From Ignicoccus hospitalis KIN4/I (lineage in GTDB: Archaea; Thermoproteota; Thermoprotei_A; Sulfolobales; Ignicoccaceae): a stretch of 32,000 bases of DNA. A model generated the notes under the pieces. It saw only the letters and a program-made list of their open reading frames with translations. It did no database searches and was not told where the DNA came from. A program made the position numbers and the translations under genes. Below are positions 21,346-28,672 of this stretch, in pieces (the first letter of the stretch is position 1; the number at the start of each line of letters is the position of its first letter). The stretch spans positions 150,001 to 182,000 of the forward strand of contig NC_009776.1 in NCBI RefSeq assembly GCF_000017945.1, given 5' to 3'.

Positions 21346-24051
21346 TTGGAAAACGAGTACCGACTGAGGTTCTTTGAAGAGGAGGGGCTAAAGAGGAAGA
21401 GGTGTAAGGTCTGCGGTTCTTACTTCTGGACCAAGGGCGAGCACGAGGTCTGCGGGGACTCCCCGTGTCAAGAGTACGAGTTCTTCGACGTGCCGACCAA
21501 GGTTAAGTTGAGCCTAAGGGACGCGAAGAGGGAATTCATAAAGTTCTTCGAGGAGAAGGGTCACGTCCCGGTGGAGCCCAGGCCGGTCGTGGCCCGGTGG
21601 AGGGACGACCTCTTCCTAACTATAGCTAGCATAGTGGTGTTCCAACCCCACGTGACCAAGGGCTTGGTCCCCCCTCCCGCCAACCCCCTAGTGATAGTCC
21701 AACCTTGTATTAGGTTGGAGGACATAGATAACGTCGGTTTGACCTTGGGTAGGCACATGACGGGCTTCCACATGGGAGGACACCACGCCTTCAACTACCC
21801 CGACAACTGGGTCTACTGGAAGGAGGAGACCGTCAAGCTCGCCTACGAGTTCTTCACCGAGAGGATAGGCATTCCCGAGGAGCTGCTGAACTTCAAGGAG
21901 AGCTGGTGGGAGGGAGGGGGCAACGCGGGCCCCTCCTTCGAGGTCACGGTCGCCGGCTTGGAGCTTGCAACGCTCGTCTTCATGCAGTATGACGTGGTAG
22001 AGGAGAACGGGCAGAAGAAGTACGTTCCTATGAAGCTTAAGGTGGTAGACACTGGCTATGGAATAGAGAGGATAGCGTGGTTCACCCAGAAGACTCCCAC
22101 GGCCTTCCACGCGGTTTACGGGGAGCTGCTGCACGAGTTCCACAAGAGGTTGGGCGTCGAGGAGCCGCCGGACGAGCTCCTGTACGAGCTAGTTAGGAGC
22201 GCGGGGCTCATGGACCCGGAAAGACCCGAGACCCTAGAACGGGTTTACAAGAGGGCCTCCGAGAAGTTAGGCATGAGAGTGGACGAAATAAGGGAGATTC
22301 ACTCGAGGGCCTCCTTAGTGTACCAAGTGTTGGACCACACGAGGACCCTCATGTGGATGCTCGCCGACGGCATAGTGCCCTCCAACGTCGGGGAGGGCTA
22401 CTTAGCTAGGTTGGTGATAAGGAGGACCTTAAGGGCTCTAAAGAAGCTCAAGGCCGACGTACCGCTCTCGGAGCTCCTCGAGTTGCAGATAAACTACTGG
22501 AAAGACGACTACCCGAGGGCTTGGAAGAACAAGGACTACATATTGGACGTCGTAGAGTTCGAACAGAAGAAGTTCGAAGAGACGTTGAAGAAAGGCAGAA
22601 ACATAGTAATAAGATTGATAAAGAAGAAGAAGCAGATCACTTTGGACGACTTGGTAGAACTCTACGACAGCCACGGCATACCTCCCGATATAGTATCTGA
22701 AATTGCCAAGGAAATGGGCGTAAGGGTTGAAGTACCCCACAACTTCTATTCGATAGTTGCCAGCCGCCACCAGAAGACGGTACACAAGGTGAAGGGCGCG
22801 GAGGAGAAGGGCAAGCTGCCTCCGGAAATAATCGAGTGGGCCAAGGGGTTCCCCCCTACGCGTCGGCTCTTCCACGAGGACCCCTACATGAAGGAGTTCG
22901 ACGCACAAGTGATAGGGTCTAATAGAAACTACGTCATCTTGGACAAGACTGCCTTCTACCCCGAAGGGGGAGGCCAAGCGGCGGACACCGGAGTCATCGC
23001 GAGCGGGGATGAGAGCTACAGAGTGGTGGACGTCCAGAAGGTCGGCGACGTGATAGTGCACGTGCTCGACAGAGATTACTCCGGAGGCAAGGTCGTGGTC
23101 GGGAGGATAGACTGGGAGAGGAGGTACAGGTTGATGAGGCACCACACCGGCACACACCTCCTCCTAGGGGCCTTGAGGAAGGTCTTGGGTGACCACGTCT
23201 GGCAAGCCGGCGCTGAGAAGACGCCGGAGAAGGCGAGGTTTGACTTCACTCACCACAAGCCCTTGACCCGCGAGGAGGTGCGGAAGATTGAGGAGGTGGC
23301 AAACAAGGTGATTGACGAAAGAAGGAAGATAAGGGCATTCACGCTTCCGAGGAACGAAGCCGAAGCAAGATATTGGTTCTCAATATATCAGGGAGGTGTC
23401 CCAATGAGTAAGGACATAAGGTTAGTAGAGATAGAAGGGTGGGACGTGGAGGCGTGCTTCGGCACCCACCTAAGCAACACGGGCGAGGTGGGTTCTCTGA
23501 AGATAATATCGACTAGGAAGATCCAAGACGGAGTGGTCAGGGTGGAGTTCGTCGCGGGGACCAGGGTAGCGGAGGAGGCGGCCAAGATGGAGGACCTAAT
23601 ACGCGAGGCCTCGGAGAAGCTCTCCACCAACCCGGAGATGTTGGTAAAGAGGATAGACGCGCTCCAAAAGGAGCTGGAGAACGTAAAGAAGACGGTAGCC
23701 GAGTACCGTAAGAGGCTGGTCTCCGAATACTTGAAGGCGGCGAAGGCGCTCGACGGCATCAAGTACGTCAAACTCGACTTGAGGGACCCGGAGCTAGTCC
23801 AAGAGGTCCTGCGGGCCCTAAGCTCCGACTCCCCGGCCGCGGTTATAGTCGACGGGAGGGTCGAGCTGGCGGCCCCCAAGGGGGTCGACGTCGGCAAGGC
23901 GGTCAGAGAGGTGGTTCGGGAAGTGGGCTGCAAGGGAGGGGGCAAGGGCAACAGGGCTACTGTGGTTTGTGAGAGCGAGGAGAAGGTAGTAGAGCTCTTG
24001 TCTAAGCTCGCGGCCAAGCTTACAAGTCAGCCCTCCGGGCGGAGGGGTTAA
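21346..24051 (+). CDS. alaS: alanine--tRNA ligase
   Basis: Archaeal AlaRS N-terminus (RFFEE.G..R..C..CG..FWT), class II core, editing-domain HxxxH motif (MRHHTGTHLL) and CxxxH (CFGTH), and a C-terminal DHHA1-like GGGKG. About 900 aa. TTG start. Confidence 0.95.
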   Translation: MENEYRLRFFEEEGLKRKRCKVCGSYFWTKGEHEVCGDSPCQEYEFFDVPTKVKLSLRDAKREFIKFFEEKGHVPVEPRPVVARWRDDLFLTIASIVVFQPHVTKGLVPPPANPLVIVQPCIRLEDIDNVGLTLGRHMTGFHMGGHHAFNYPDNWVYWKEETVKLAYEFFTERIGIPEELLNFKESWWEGGGNAGPSFEVTVAGLELATLVFMQYDVVEENGQKKYVPMKLKVVDTGYGIERIAWFTQKTPTAFHAVYGELLHEFHKRLGVEEPPDELLYELVRSAGLMDPERPETLERVYKRASEKLGMRVDEIREIHSRASLVYQVLDHTRTLMWMLADGIVPSNVGEGYLARLVIRRTLRALKKLKADVPLSELLELQINYWKDDYPRAWKNKDYILDVVEFEQKKFEETLKKGRNIVIRLIKKKKQITLDDLVELYDSHGIPPDIVSEIAKEMGVRVEVPHNFYSIVASRHQKTVHKVKGAEEKGKLPPEIIEWAKGFPPTRRLFHEDPYMKEFDAQVIGSNRNYVILDKTAFYPEGGGQAADTGVIASGDESYRVVDVQKVGDVIVHVLDRDYSGGKVVVGRIDWERRYRLMRHHTGTHLLLGALRKVLGDHVWQAGAEKTPEKARFDFTHHKPLTREEVRKIEEVANKVIDERRKIRAFTLPRNEAEARYWFSIYQGGVPMSKDIRLVEIEGWDVEACFGTHLSNTGEVGSLKIISTRKIQDGVVRVEFVAGTRVAEEAAKMEDLIREASEKLSTNPEMLVKRIDALQKELENVKKTVAEYRKRLVSEYLKAAKALDGIKYVKLDLRDPELVQEVLRALSSDSPAAVIVDGRVELAAPKGVDVGKAVREVVREVGCKGGGKGNRATVVCESEEKVVELLSKLAAKLTSQPSGRRG

Positions 24052-24394
24052 GCCCGGGCCCTCCCCGAGACCGGAGCCCCCGCGGCGCCCCCGCGGGGGT
24101 CAGCGCCGCCCGCGCTCCCCCCGTTCTCCCGCGAACGCGCCGCGGCCGGGGTTAGGCTGCTCCCTTCCGGGCCTGACCTGGTTCCCCCGGTTAAGGCGGT
24201 TGACCTCCGCCCTTCGGCGGAGGCTCCGCCACCGCGGGCCCCGCGGGGCGAGGGCCATTGCGCGGACGACGCCCCCCACGGGACCGCGGGGAGCCTCGGG
24301 GAGTTACTGGCCCCCGCCTTTCGCCCAATTCGGGCCCCTTACGGGGGGAGGGGGGCGAGCCCTCCGGCCCTACCCCGGTTGGCCCCCCTCCGCC
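24038..24394 (-). ncRNA. signal recognition particle RNA (7S / SRP RNA)
   Basis: The minus strand contains the universally conserved helix-8 motif CAGGTCAGGCCCGGAAGGGAGCAGCC (complement of 24155-24180), with a GGAA tetraloop inside the stem CCGGGG/CCCCGG. An Alu-domain-like 5' fold is present (GGGCC-GGAGGG..CCCTCC-CCCC-GTAA-GGGG-CCC). A perfect 10-bp terminal helix pairs GGCGGAGGGG (24394-24385) with CCCCTCCGCC (24047-24038). A TATA-like box lies 24 nt upstream. The region is extremely GC-rich. The ends are approximate. Confidence 0.85.
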
Positions 24395-24418
24395 TCGCGG
24401 AAGAGGAGCAGCATGGGG

Positions 24419-24426
24419 GTTTTATG
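24419..24426 (-). promoter_or_regulatory. TATA-like box for SRP RNA
   Basis: The minus strand reads cataaaac and overlaps the stop codon of the upstream 488-aa gene. Its 3' edge is 24 nt from the first base of the predicted terminal helix (24394). Confidence 0.55.
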
Positions 24427-25888
24427 AGCACGGGCTCCCGAGGGGGAGCTGTGGGACTTCCGAGGGCTTTAGGACTCCTGGGGGCTCTTGGGTGGATATG
24501 GTGTTCGCGAAGCTCGTGGGGCTCTGCGGGTCTAGCAACGACTTATAGGTATTTATTGTTATCCTCAACGCCTCCACTAGCGACACCGGGGGTACATAGC
24601 TGCAAGCGATGCCGTTTGCGGCCGCCCACGCCTCTACGTCTTGGCCGCTGATTTGCCTAAACTTGGACGCTAGTGCCTTTAAGTACGCCTTTTGTGACTT
24701 CTCTATCAGCGGCAAGTAATATTTCATACAGTTAATTGCCTTCGTGGTCCCGTCCAAGACGTTGTAGAAGGCGTTGACGACGTTTGATAAGAAGCTTCTA
24801 AGCTGGACGGGGTCCCTCAAGTCGTAGTTGTTCAAGTTTTGGGCTTGGCCCCCGGGGCTCGCGAGCTGAAGGCACGCTTGTAGGGTAGAGGGCACCCTTC
24901 CGGCGAACGCCCCCAGCAAGGGGGCCAGTAAGTCTTCACCCAAGGTGTTCAAGATACTGATCAAGACGTTTTTGGAGTTGATAAGTAAGGCTTCGTACCT
25001 CCACACGTTGTTTATGTAATAATTATAGACGTTTACGTAACCGTTCCAAGAGTTGAGCATCAAGCCGTGAATTTGGATACTGTTTATGGGGCAAGGGGCC
25101 CCCAATCCAAAAGAGTAGACGTTCGTGTAGAATGGGTCGTTAAAGCTTAAGTAGTACTTCCTAGCCACGGTGTAGTTCTGGGGGTTGCCTACAACTGCGC
25201 AGAGGATGAAGGTGTTGTTGGGGAAGTCTGTAGCACACGCGGTCAGGGAGAGCCAAGCCCTCTCGGGGGGAGGCTCTATGGCGGTAACGTTCACGTTGTT
25301 CCTGACGAATCCTAATAAGTTCCTCGAGGTGCCCACTTCCAAGTAGACGTCTACGCCCTTCGGGTGGAGGATCGAGGCCAGTTCAGACAGCAGCTGCATG
25401 GTCTCCAAAGCTTCGTACTTCTGCAAGTGAAGCCCGGCCTCCGTGACTAGGTTGTTTATCTGTTGGGAGTACGCGTTCAACAGCTTAGCCCTCGCCGAGC
25501 CCGGGTAGGTGGCCTCGACTAACGCGCCGGCGGCCCTCAGCGCCGAGCTCAGCCCCCGCGCCTGGATGAGTAAGTTGGTTACGTAGTTTCTGAAAGCAGA
25601 ATAATTGGTTACGTAGTTATCGCTCCACGAGACGATTTCTTCGTACAGCCTGCCCCCCGGCTTGAGTAAGGCCACCAACTCCTCGAAGTCGGGACTTATG
25701 TTTGTGATGGCAGACCCTATGTTGCTCACGGAGTAGCTCAAGGCCTCGAGGGCTATTTTGGACTTGCAGTAGGCTTGAGCAAGTCTAGTCAAGAGCGCTT
25801 GGGTGCTCCTCTCCTTGACCGACTCTACTATGGGGTTCTGTGCGACGAGAAGCGCGGAGAGGAGCAGCGCCACGAACGCGACTCTCAC
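24422..25888 (-). CDS. secreted protein of unknown function with N-terminal signal peptide and multiple N-glycosylation sequons
   Basis: MRVAFVALLLSALLVAQN is a signal peptide, and there is no other TM segment. The protein is rich in Asn/Tyr/Leu/Ala. Sequons seen are NIS, NYS, NVT, NNT and NYT. Eight Cys. GTG start preceded by GGAGTGA. No family recognised. Confidence 0.75.
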   Translation of the reverse strand: MRVAFVALLLSALLVAQNPIVESVKERSTQALLTRLAQAYCKSKIALEALSYSVSNIGSAITNISPDFEELVALLKPGGRLYEEIVSWSDNYVTNYSAFRNYVTNLLIQARGLSSALRAAGALVEATYPGSARAKLLNAYSQQINNLVTEAGLHLQKYEALETMQLLSELASILHPKGVDVYLEVGTSRNLLGFVRNNVNVTAIEPPPERAWLSLTACATDFPNNTFILCAVVGNPQNYTVARKYYLSFNDPFYTNVYSFGLGAPCPINSIQIHGLMLNSWNGYVNVYNYYINNVWRYEALLINSKNVLISILNTLGEDLLAPLLGAFAGRVPSTLQACLQLASPGGQAQNLNNYDLRDPVQLRSFLSNVVNAFYNVLDGTTKAINCMKYYLPLIEKSQKAYLKALASKFRQISGQDVEAWAAANGIACSYVPPVSLVEALRITINTYKSLLDPQSPTSFANTISTQEPPGVLKPSEVPQLPLGSPCS

Positions 25889-25915
25889 GTCTTAATCACT
25901 CCGCCGGAGCGTTCC

Positions 25916-26950
25916 TTGTGGGAGTTAATTGCCTTGAGGTTCGTAGAAAGGGTCCTCACTGAGGTTAGAGAGCCCATCCCCCTCGTCGGCAGCATAGCCT
26001 TCGGAATAATAGACAGAGGAACGAACGTCTTACAAGTGAGGATAACCACGGTTTGTTCTATGTGCTGTAAGTTCTGCAGCGTCGACGCGGGTCCTTGCTC
26101 GAAGAGCAGGTGGGCGGACTTCGTAGTGACGGACCTCGAGTGGTTAAGGGCTTGGGTTAACGACGTCGTCAAGTTCAAGGGGGTCCCGGTAGAGGTCTTG
26201 CTGGACGGCGTGGGCGACCCCCTCGAGCACCCGAACGTGGTTGGAGTGGTGAGGACCCTTAAGTCCATTGAAGGCGTGGCCAGCGTTGCCTTGGAGACCC
26301 ATGGCTTAAAGTTAAACGAAGACTTGGCTTTCTCCTTGGCCGAGGCCGGGCTCGATAGGATAAACTTGAGTATTGAAACTCTAGACGAAGCTAAGGCTAA
26401 GGAACTGGCAGGGAGGCCCGACTACGACGTTAGAAGGGTTAAGGAAGTAATCGAAAAGGTGTTCAGAGAAACTCAAGTAGACATTCACGTCACCCCGGTT
26501 CTCTTGCCCGGCATAAATGACGAAGATATAAAGGAAATAATAAAGTGGGTAAAGGAAGTGGGTTTTGGAAAGAGGTGGCCACCAATCACCATTCAAAAAT
26601 ACGTAAGACACAAAAGAGGGAGAAAAATGAAGGGGATTAAAGAGATGACGTGGGAGGAGTTCTGGAACTACGTATCGAAGCTAGAAAAGGAGACCGGTGC
26701 GAGGTTGAGGTGGACCATGGAGGAGTGGGGCATGATGAGGGCTAGGAAACTTCCAGAGCTCTACAAAAGGGGGGAAGTCGTCAAGGTAGAGATAGTGTCG
26801 AGGGGGCTGTTTAGGGACGAGTGGTTGGGCGTGCCGGTGGGGAGGAGGGACGTGGTCATGACTGTCGTCAACGCTGACGTAGACGTGGGGAGGAGGATCA
26901 AGGTAAAGGTGAGACAGAACAAGGACAACATCTATTTGGCCTCGCCGTAG
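25916..26950 (+). CDS. radical SAM protein (COG2100-like) with C-terminal OB/TRAM-like beta domain
   Basis: CSMCCKFC gives the CxxxCxxC radical-SAM cluster motif, followed by a TIM-like region (LLDGVGDPL, INLSIETLD). The C-terminal GEVVKVEIVSRG...RIKVKV is OB/TRAM-like. The start is uncertain: the ORF-track start 25775 would overlap the divergent gene by 114 nt, so TTG 25916 or TTG 25934 is preferred. Confidence 0.75.
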   Translation: MWELIALRFVERVLTEVREPIPLVGSIAFGIIDRGTNVLQVRITTVCSMCCKFCSVDAGPCSKSRWADFVVTDLEWLRAWVNDVVKFKGVPVEVLLDGVGDPLEHPNVVGVVRTLKSIEGVASVALETHGLKLNEDLAFSLAEAGLDRINLSIETLDEAKAKELAGRPDYDVRRVKEVIEKVFRETQVDIHVTPVLLPGINDEDIKEIIKWVKEVGFGKRWPPITIQKYVRHKRGRKMKGIKEMTWEEFWNYVSKLEKETGARLRWTMEEWGMMRARKLPELYKRGEVVKVEIVSRGLFRDEWLGVPVGRRDVVMTVVNADVDVGRRIKVKVRQNKDNIYLASP

Positions 26951-28317
26951 TACTGCATCATCTCCTCAACTATCTTCTCGTGTATTTTGCGCCCGATCTC
27001 CCTCGATGCCTTGTTTGTTGTAAGTACCGTTAAGCTCTGGTCGAGTGGCCCTTTGGAGACCATCAGAACGGGCTTGTTGTCGAAGAGCGAGAGCACGTTG
27101 CCCACGAAGTCTAACTCCTCGAGCCCCCTGCCCACAACTGACACAGCAGTCACGTTGTCTTTTATCTTAGTCTCTACGGATATCCCCTTCCCCTCGAGGG
27201 CGTTCCTGATGGCGTTGGAGACTAGGTCCGCCTTGCTGGACTTAACCGCAATAGATATGGAGATCTCGGAGACCGGCTGAGAGATCGCGTAAATGTTGGC
27301 TCCCACTTTGGTCACCGATTCCATTACCGTGGCCGCGACTCCCTTGGTTCCGACCATTCCAACGCCCTTCACAGTTATTATCGCTAACCCGTTCAGCAAT
27401 GCCACCGCCTTCAACATAGGTCCCCTGCGCCCGTGGGAGATTAGGGTGTTGTTGCCCTTGGGGTCGTAGAGGCTTAGCACCCTCACGTCCACGTGCCTTC
27501 TGAGGACAGGTTCGAACGTACGCGGGTGCAACCTCTTCGCCCCTAGGTGGGCCAACTCTATCGCCTCTTCTACGGAGAGCTCCCTAATGGTTACGGCGTC
27601 CGGGAACTCCTTCGGGTTCCCGGTCTTTATGCCGTCTATGTCAGTATACAGCCTTACCTCGTCCGCCTTTAGGGAGGAGCCCAGTATAGTAGCCGTTAGG
27701 TCGCTCCCCCCGCGCCCCAAGGTAGTTATGCTCCCTTCAAGCGTCGAGCCCAAGAAGCCGGTGACCACGGGCACTTTGTCCTCCTCTAGGAAGGGTTCCA
27801 ACCTCTTGGGAACTTCCCTCTCTATGACGTCGTACAGGGGTACCGCTTCGTTGTAGTTCTCGTCCGTGAATATCCCAGCCTTTTCGGGCGTCAGGGGGAT
27901 GGGGTTCAGTCCCTCCCTCTCCAGGGCGGCGGACATGAGTATCGTGGAGAGCCTCTCGCCGAATGATAAGACGAAGTCTCTCGTTCTGGGCGTATGTTCC
28001 CTGAGGATGTAAAGTGCCCAGAGCACGTTTTTGAGCTCTTCTACGTTCTTCTCTAACTCCTTGAACCACCTCTCCGACGAGCCCAGCTGTTGGAGGACCC
28101 TTTCGTGGCGCCTCTTGAGCGCTTCTACGTACTTCTTCCAGTCCTTGGGTAGGCTCCCGGAAACCTTGAGCAAGGAGTCGGTAACCCCCTTCATCGCCGA
28201 GACCACTACAACTACCTTGTAGCCTTCTCCGACGCACTCCTTGACCACTTTGGCCGACGCCGAGTAGCCCTCCGCGTCTCTTAGCACGGAACCGCCGAAC
28301 TTGGCGACTAACTTCAT
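26932..28317 (-). CDS. aspartate kinase
   Basis: MKLVAKFGGSVL, VVVVSAMKGVTDSL and GRGGSDLTATILG motifs, plus two C-terminal ACT-like repeats. It overlaps the convergent radical SAM gene by 19 nt. Confidence 0.92.
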   Translation of the reverse strand: MKLVAKFGGSVLRDAEGYSASAKVVKECVGEGYKVVVVVSAMKGVTDSLLKVSGSLPKDWKKYVEALKRRHERVLQQLGSSERWFKELEKNVEELKNVLWALYILREHTPRTRDFVLSFGERLSTILMSAALEREGLNPIPLTPEKAGIFTDENYNEAVPLYDVIEREVPKRLEPFLEEDKVPVVTGFLGSTLEGSITTLGRGGSDLTATILGSSLKADEVRLYTDIDGIKTGNPKEFPDAVTIRELSVEEAIELAHLGAKRLHPRTFEPVLRRHVDVRVLSLYDPKGNNTLISHGRRGPMLKAVALLNGLAIITVKGVGMVGTKGVAATVMESVTKVGANIYAISQPVSEISISIAVKSSKADLVSNAIRNALEGKGISVETKIKDNVTAVSVVGRGLEELDFVGNVLSLFDNKPVLMVSKGPLDQSLTVLTTNKASREIGRKIHEKIVEEMMQYYGEAK

Positions 28318-28347
28318 CTGGAGCCCGCGGGCGGAGGGCCGATGTCT

Positions 28348-28356
28348 TAAAAAATA
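28348..28356 (-). promoter_or_regulatory. TATA-like box for aspartate kinase (also a T-run just downstream of the small ORF stop)
   Basis: The minus strand reads tatttttta, centred about 35 nt upstream of ATG 28317 and 10-18 nt downstream of the small-ORF stop codon. Confidence 0.45.
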
Positions 28357-28365
28357 GCTTTTCCT

Positions 28366-28527
28366 TTATGCGCCTCCAAACATGGCGTTTAGGTTGGTTT
28401 GTAAGGTGTCGATCAAGGTAGTTATCTTGTACACCATGTATACCCAAGCCAACGTGGCTATTAGGGATAACAAGATTATGGATATCTCGAAGAGCGTGAG
28501 GCCCTTAAGGGCGGCGCTCCTCCTCAA
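28366..28527 (-). CDS. 53-aa small membrane protein with type IV prepilin-like (class III) signal peptide
   Basis: Hand translation gives MRRSAALKGLTLFEISIILLSLIATLAWVYMVYKITTLIDTLQTNLNAMFGGA. It has a basic N-terminus, then K-G followed by LTLFE and a ~22-residue hydrophobic helix. It has its own TATA-like box and a GGAGG 5-6 nt upstream of TTG 28527. It is below the ORF-track size cut-off. Confidence 0.55.
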   Translation of the reverse strand: MRRSAALKGLTLFEISIILLSLIATLAWVYMVYKITTLIDTLQTNLNAMFGGA

Positions 28528-28557
28528 CTCGTCCTCCCCTCGCCCCGAGGGGCATTC

Positions 28558-28566
28558 AAAAATAAA
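28558..28566 (-). promoter_or_regulatory. TATA-like box for the 53-aa ORF
   Basis: The minus strand reads tttattttt, about 30 nt upstream of TTG 28527. It is flanked upstream by the palindrome aagcttaagctt (28565-28576). Confidence 0.5.
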
Positions 28567-28662
28567 GCTTAAGCTTCACTTACCGCGGCCCCCTGGGGTC
28601 CCGAGGGCCGCCGATGGCGGGCGGTGAGGGACCCCGGCACCCCTGGGCACCTCCCCCCTCAC

Positions 28663-28672
28663 ATAAGATTAA
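28663..28672 (+). promoter_or_regulatory. TATA-like box for gatD
   Basis: ataagattaa lies about 35 nt upstream of the in-frame TTG 28708. It abuts ATG 28672, which argues that 28708 may be the real (leaderless) start. Confidence 0.4.

Noticed and set aside
1164-24017. Numerous long antisense or out-of-frame ORFs inside confidently identified genes (e.g. 1164-1544, 2090-2512, 4954-5514, 6544-6919, 6941-7284, 10116-10403, 10799-11297, 11264-11665, 12891-13451, 14391-14756, 15658-16092, 17164-17568, 21688-22143, 22438-23157, 23388-24017)
   Set aside because: Each lies opposite to, or out of frame with, a gene with strong family motifs. Their products are low-complexity (R/P/G/S- or L/V/Y-rich), as expected for open antisense frames in GC-biased coding DNA.
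24200-24651. ORF-track ORFs 24200-24427, 24258-24548 and 24379-24651 (75-96 aa, plus strand)
   Set aside because: They are Arg/Pro/Gly-rich low-complexity translations of the extremely GC-rich SRP RNA gene, or antisense to the 3' end of the secreted-protein gene. The RNA signature explains the region.
25575-25618. Direct repeat TTGGTTACGTAGTT x2 considered as a possible CRISPR/repeat element
   Set aside because: There are only two copies, inside a CDS, encoding a duplicated NYVTN peptide. No regularly spaced repeat array exists anywhere in the window.
28382-28627. 81-aa plus-strand ORF in the aspartate kinase/gatD intergenic region
   Set aside because: It has no promoter-like element at a sensible distance and a low-complexity Pro/Arg/Gly tail. 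It lies antisense to the 53-aa ORF, which has a coherent signal-peptide architecture and its own TATA-like box. The 236-aa ORF 27737-28447(-) is likewise an out-of-frame read-through of the aspartate kinase gene.
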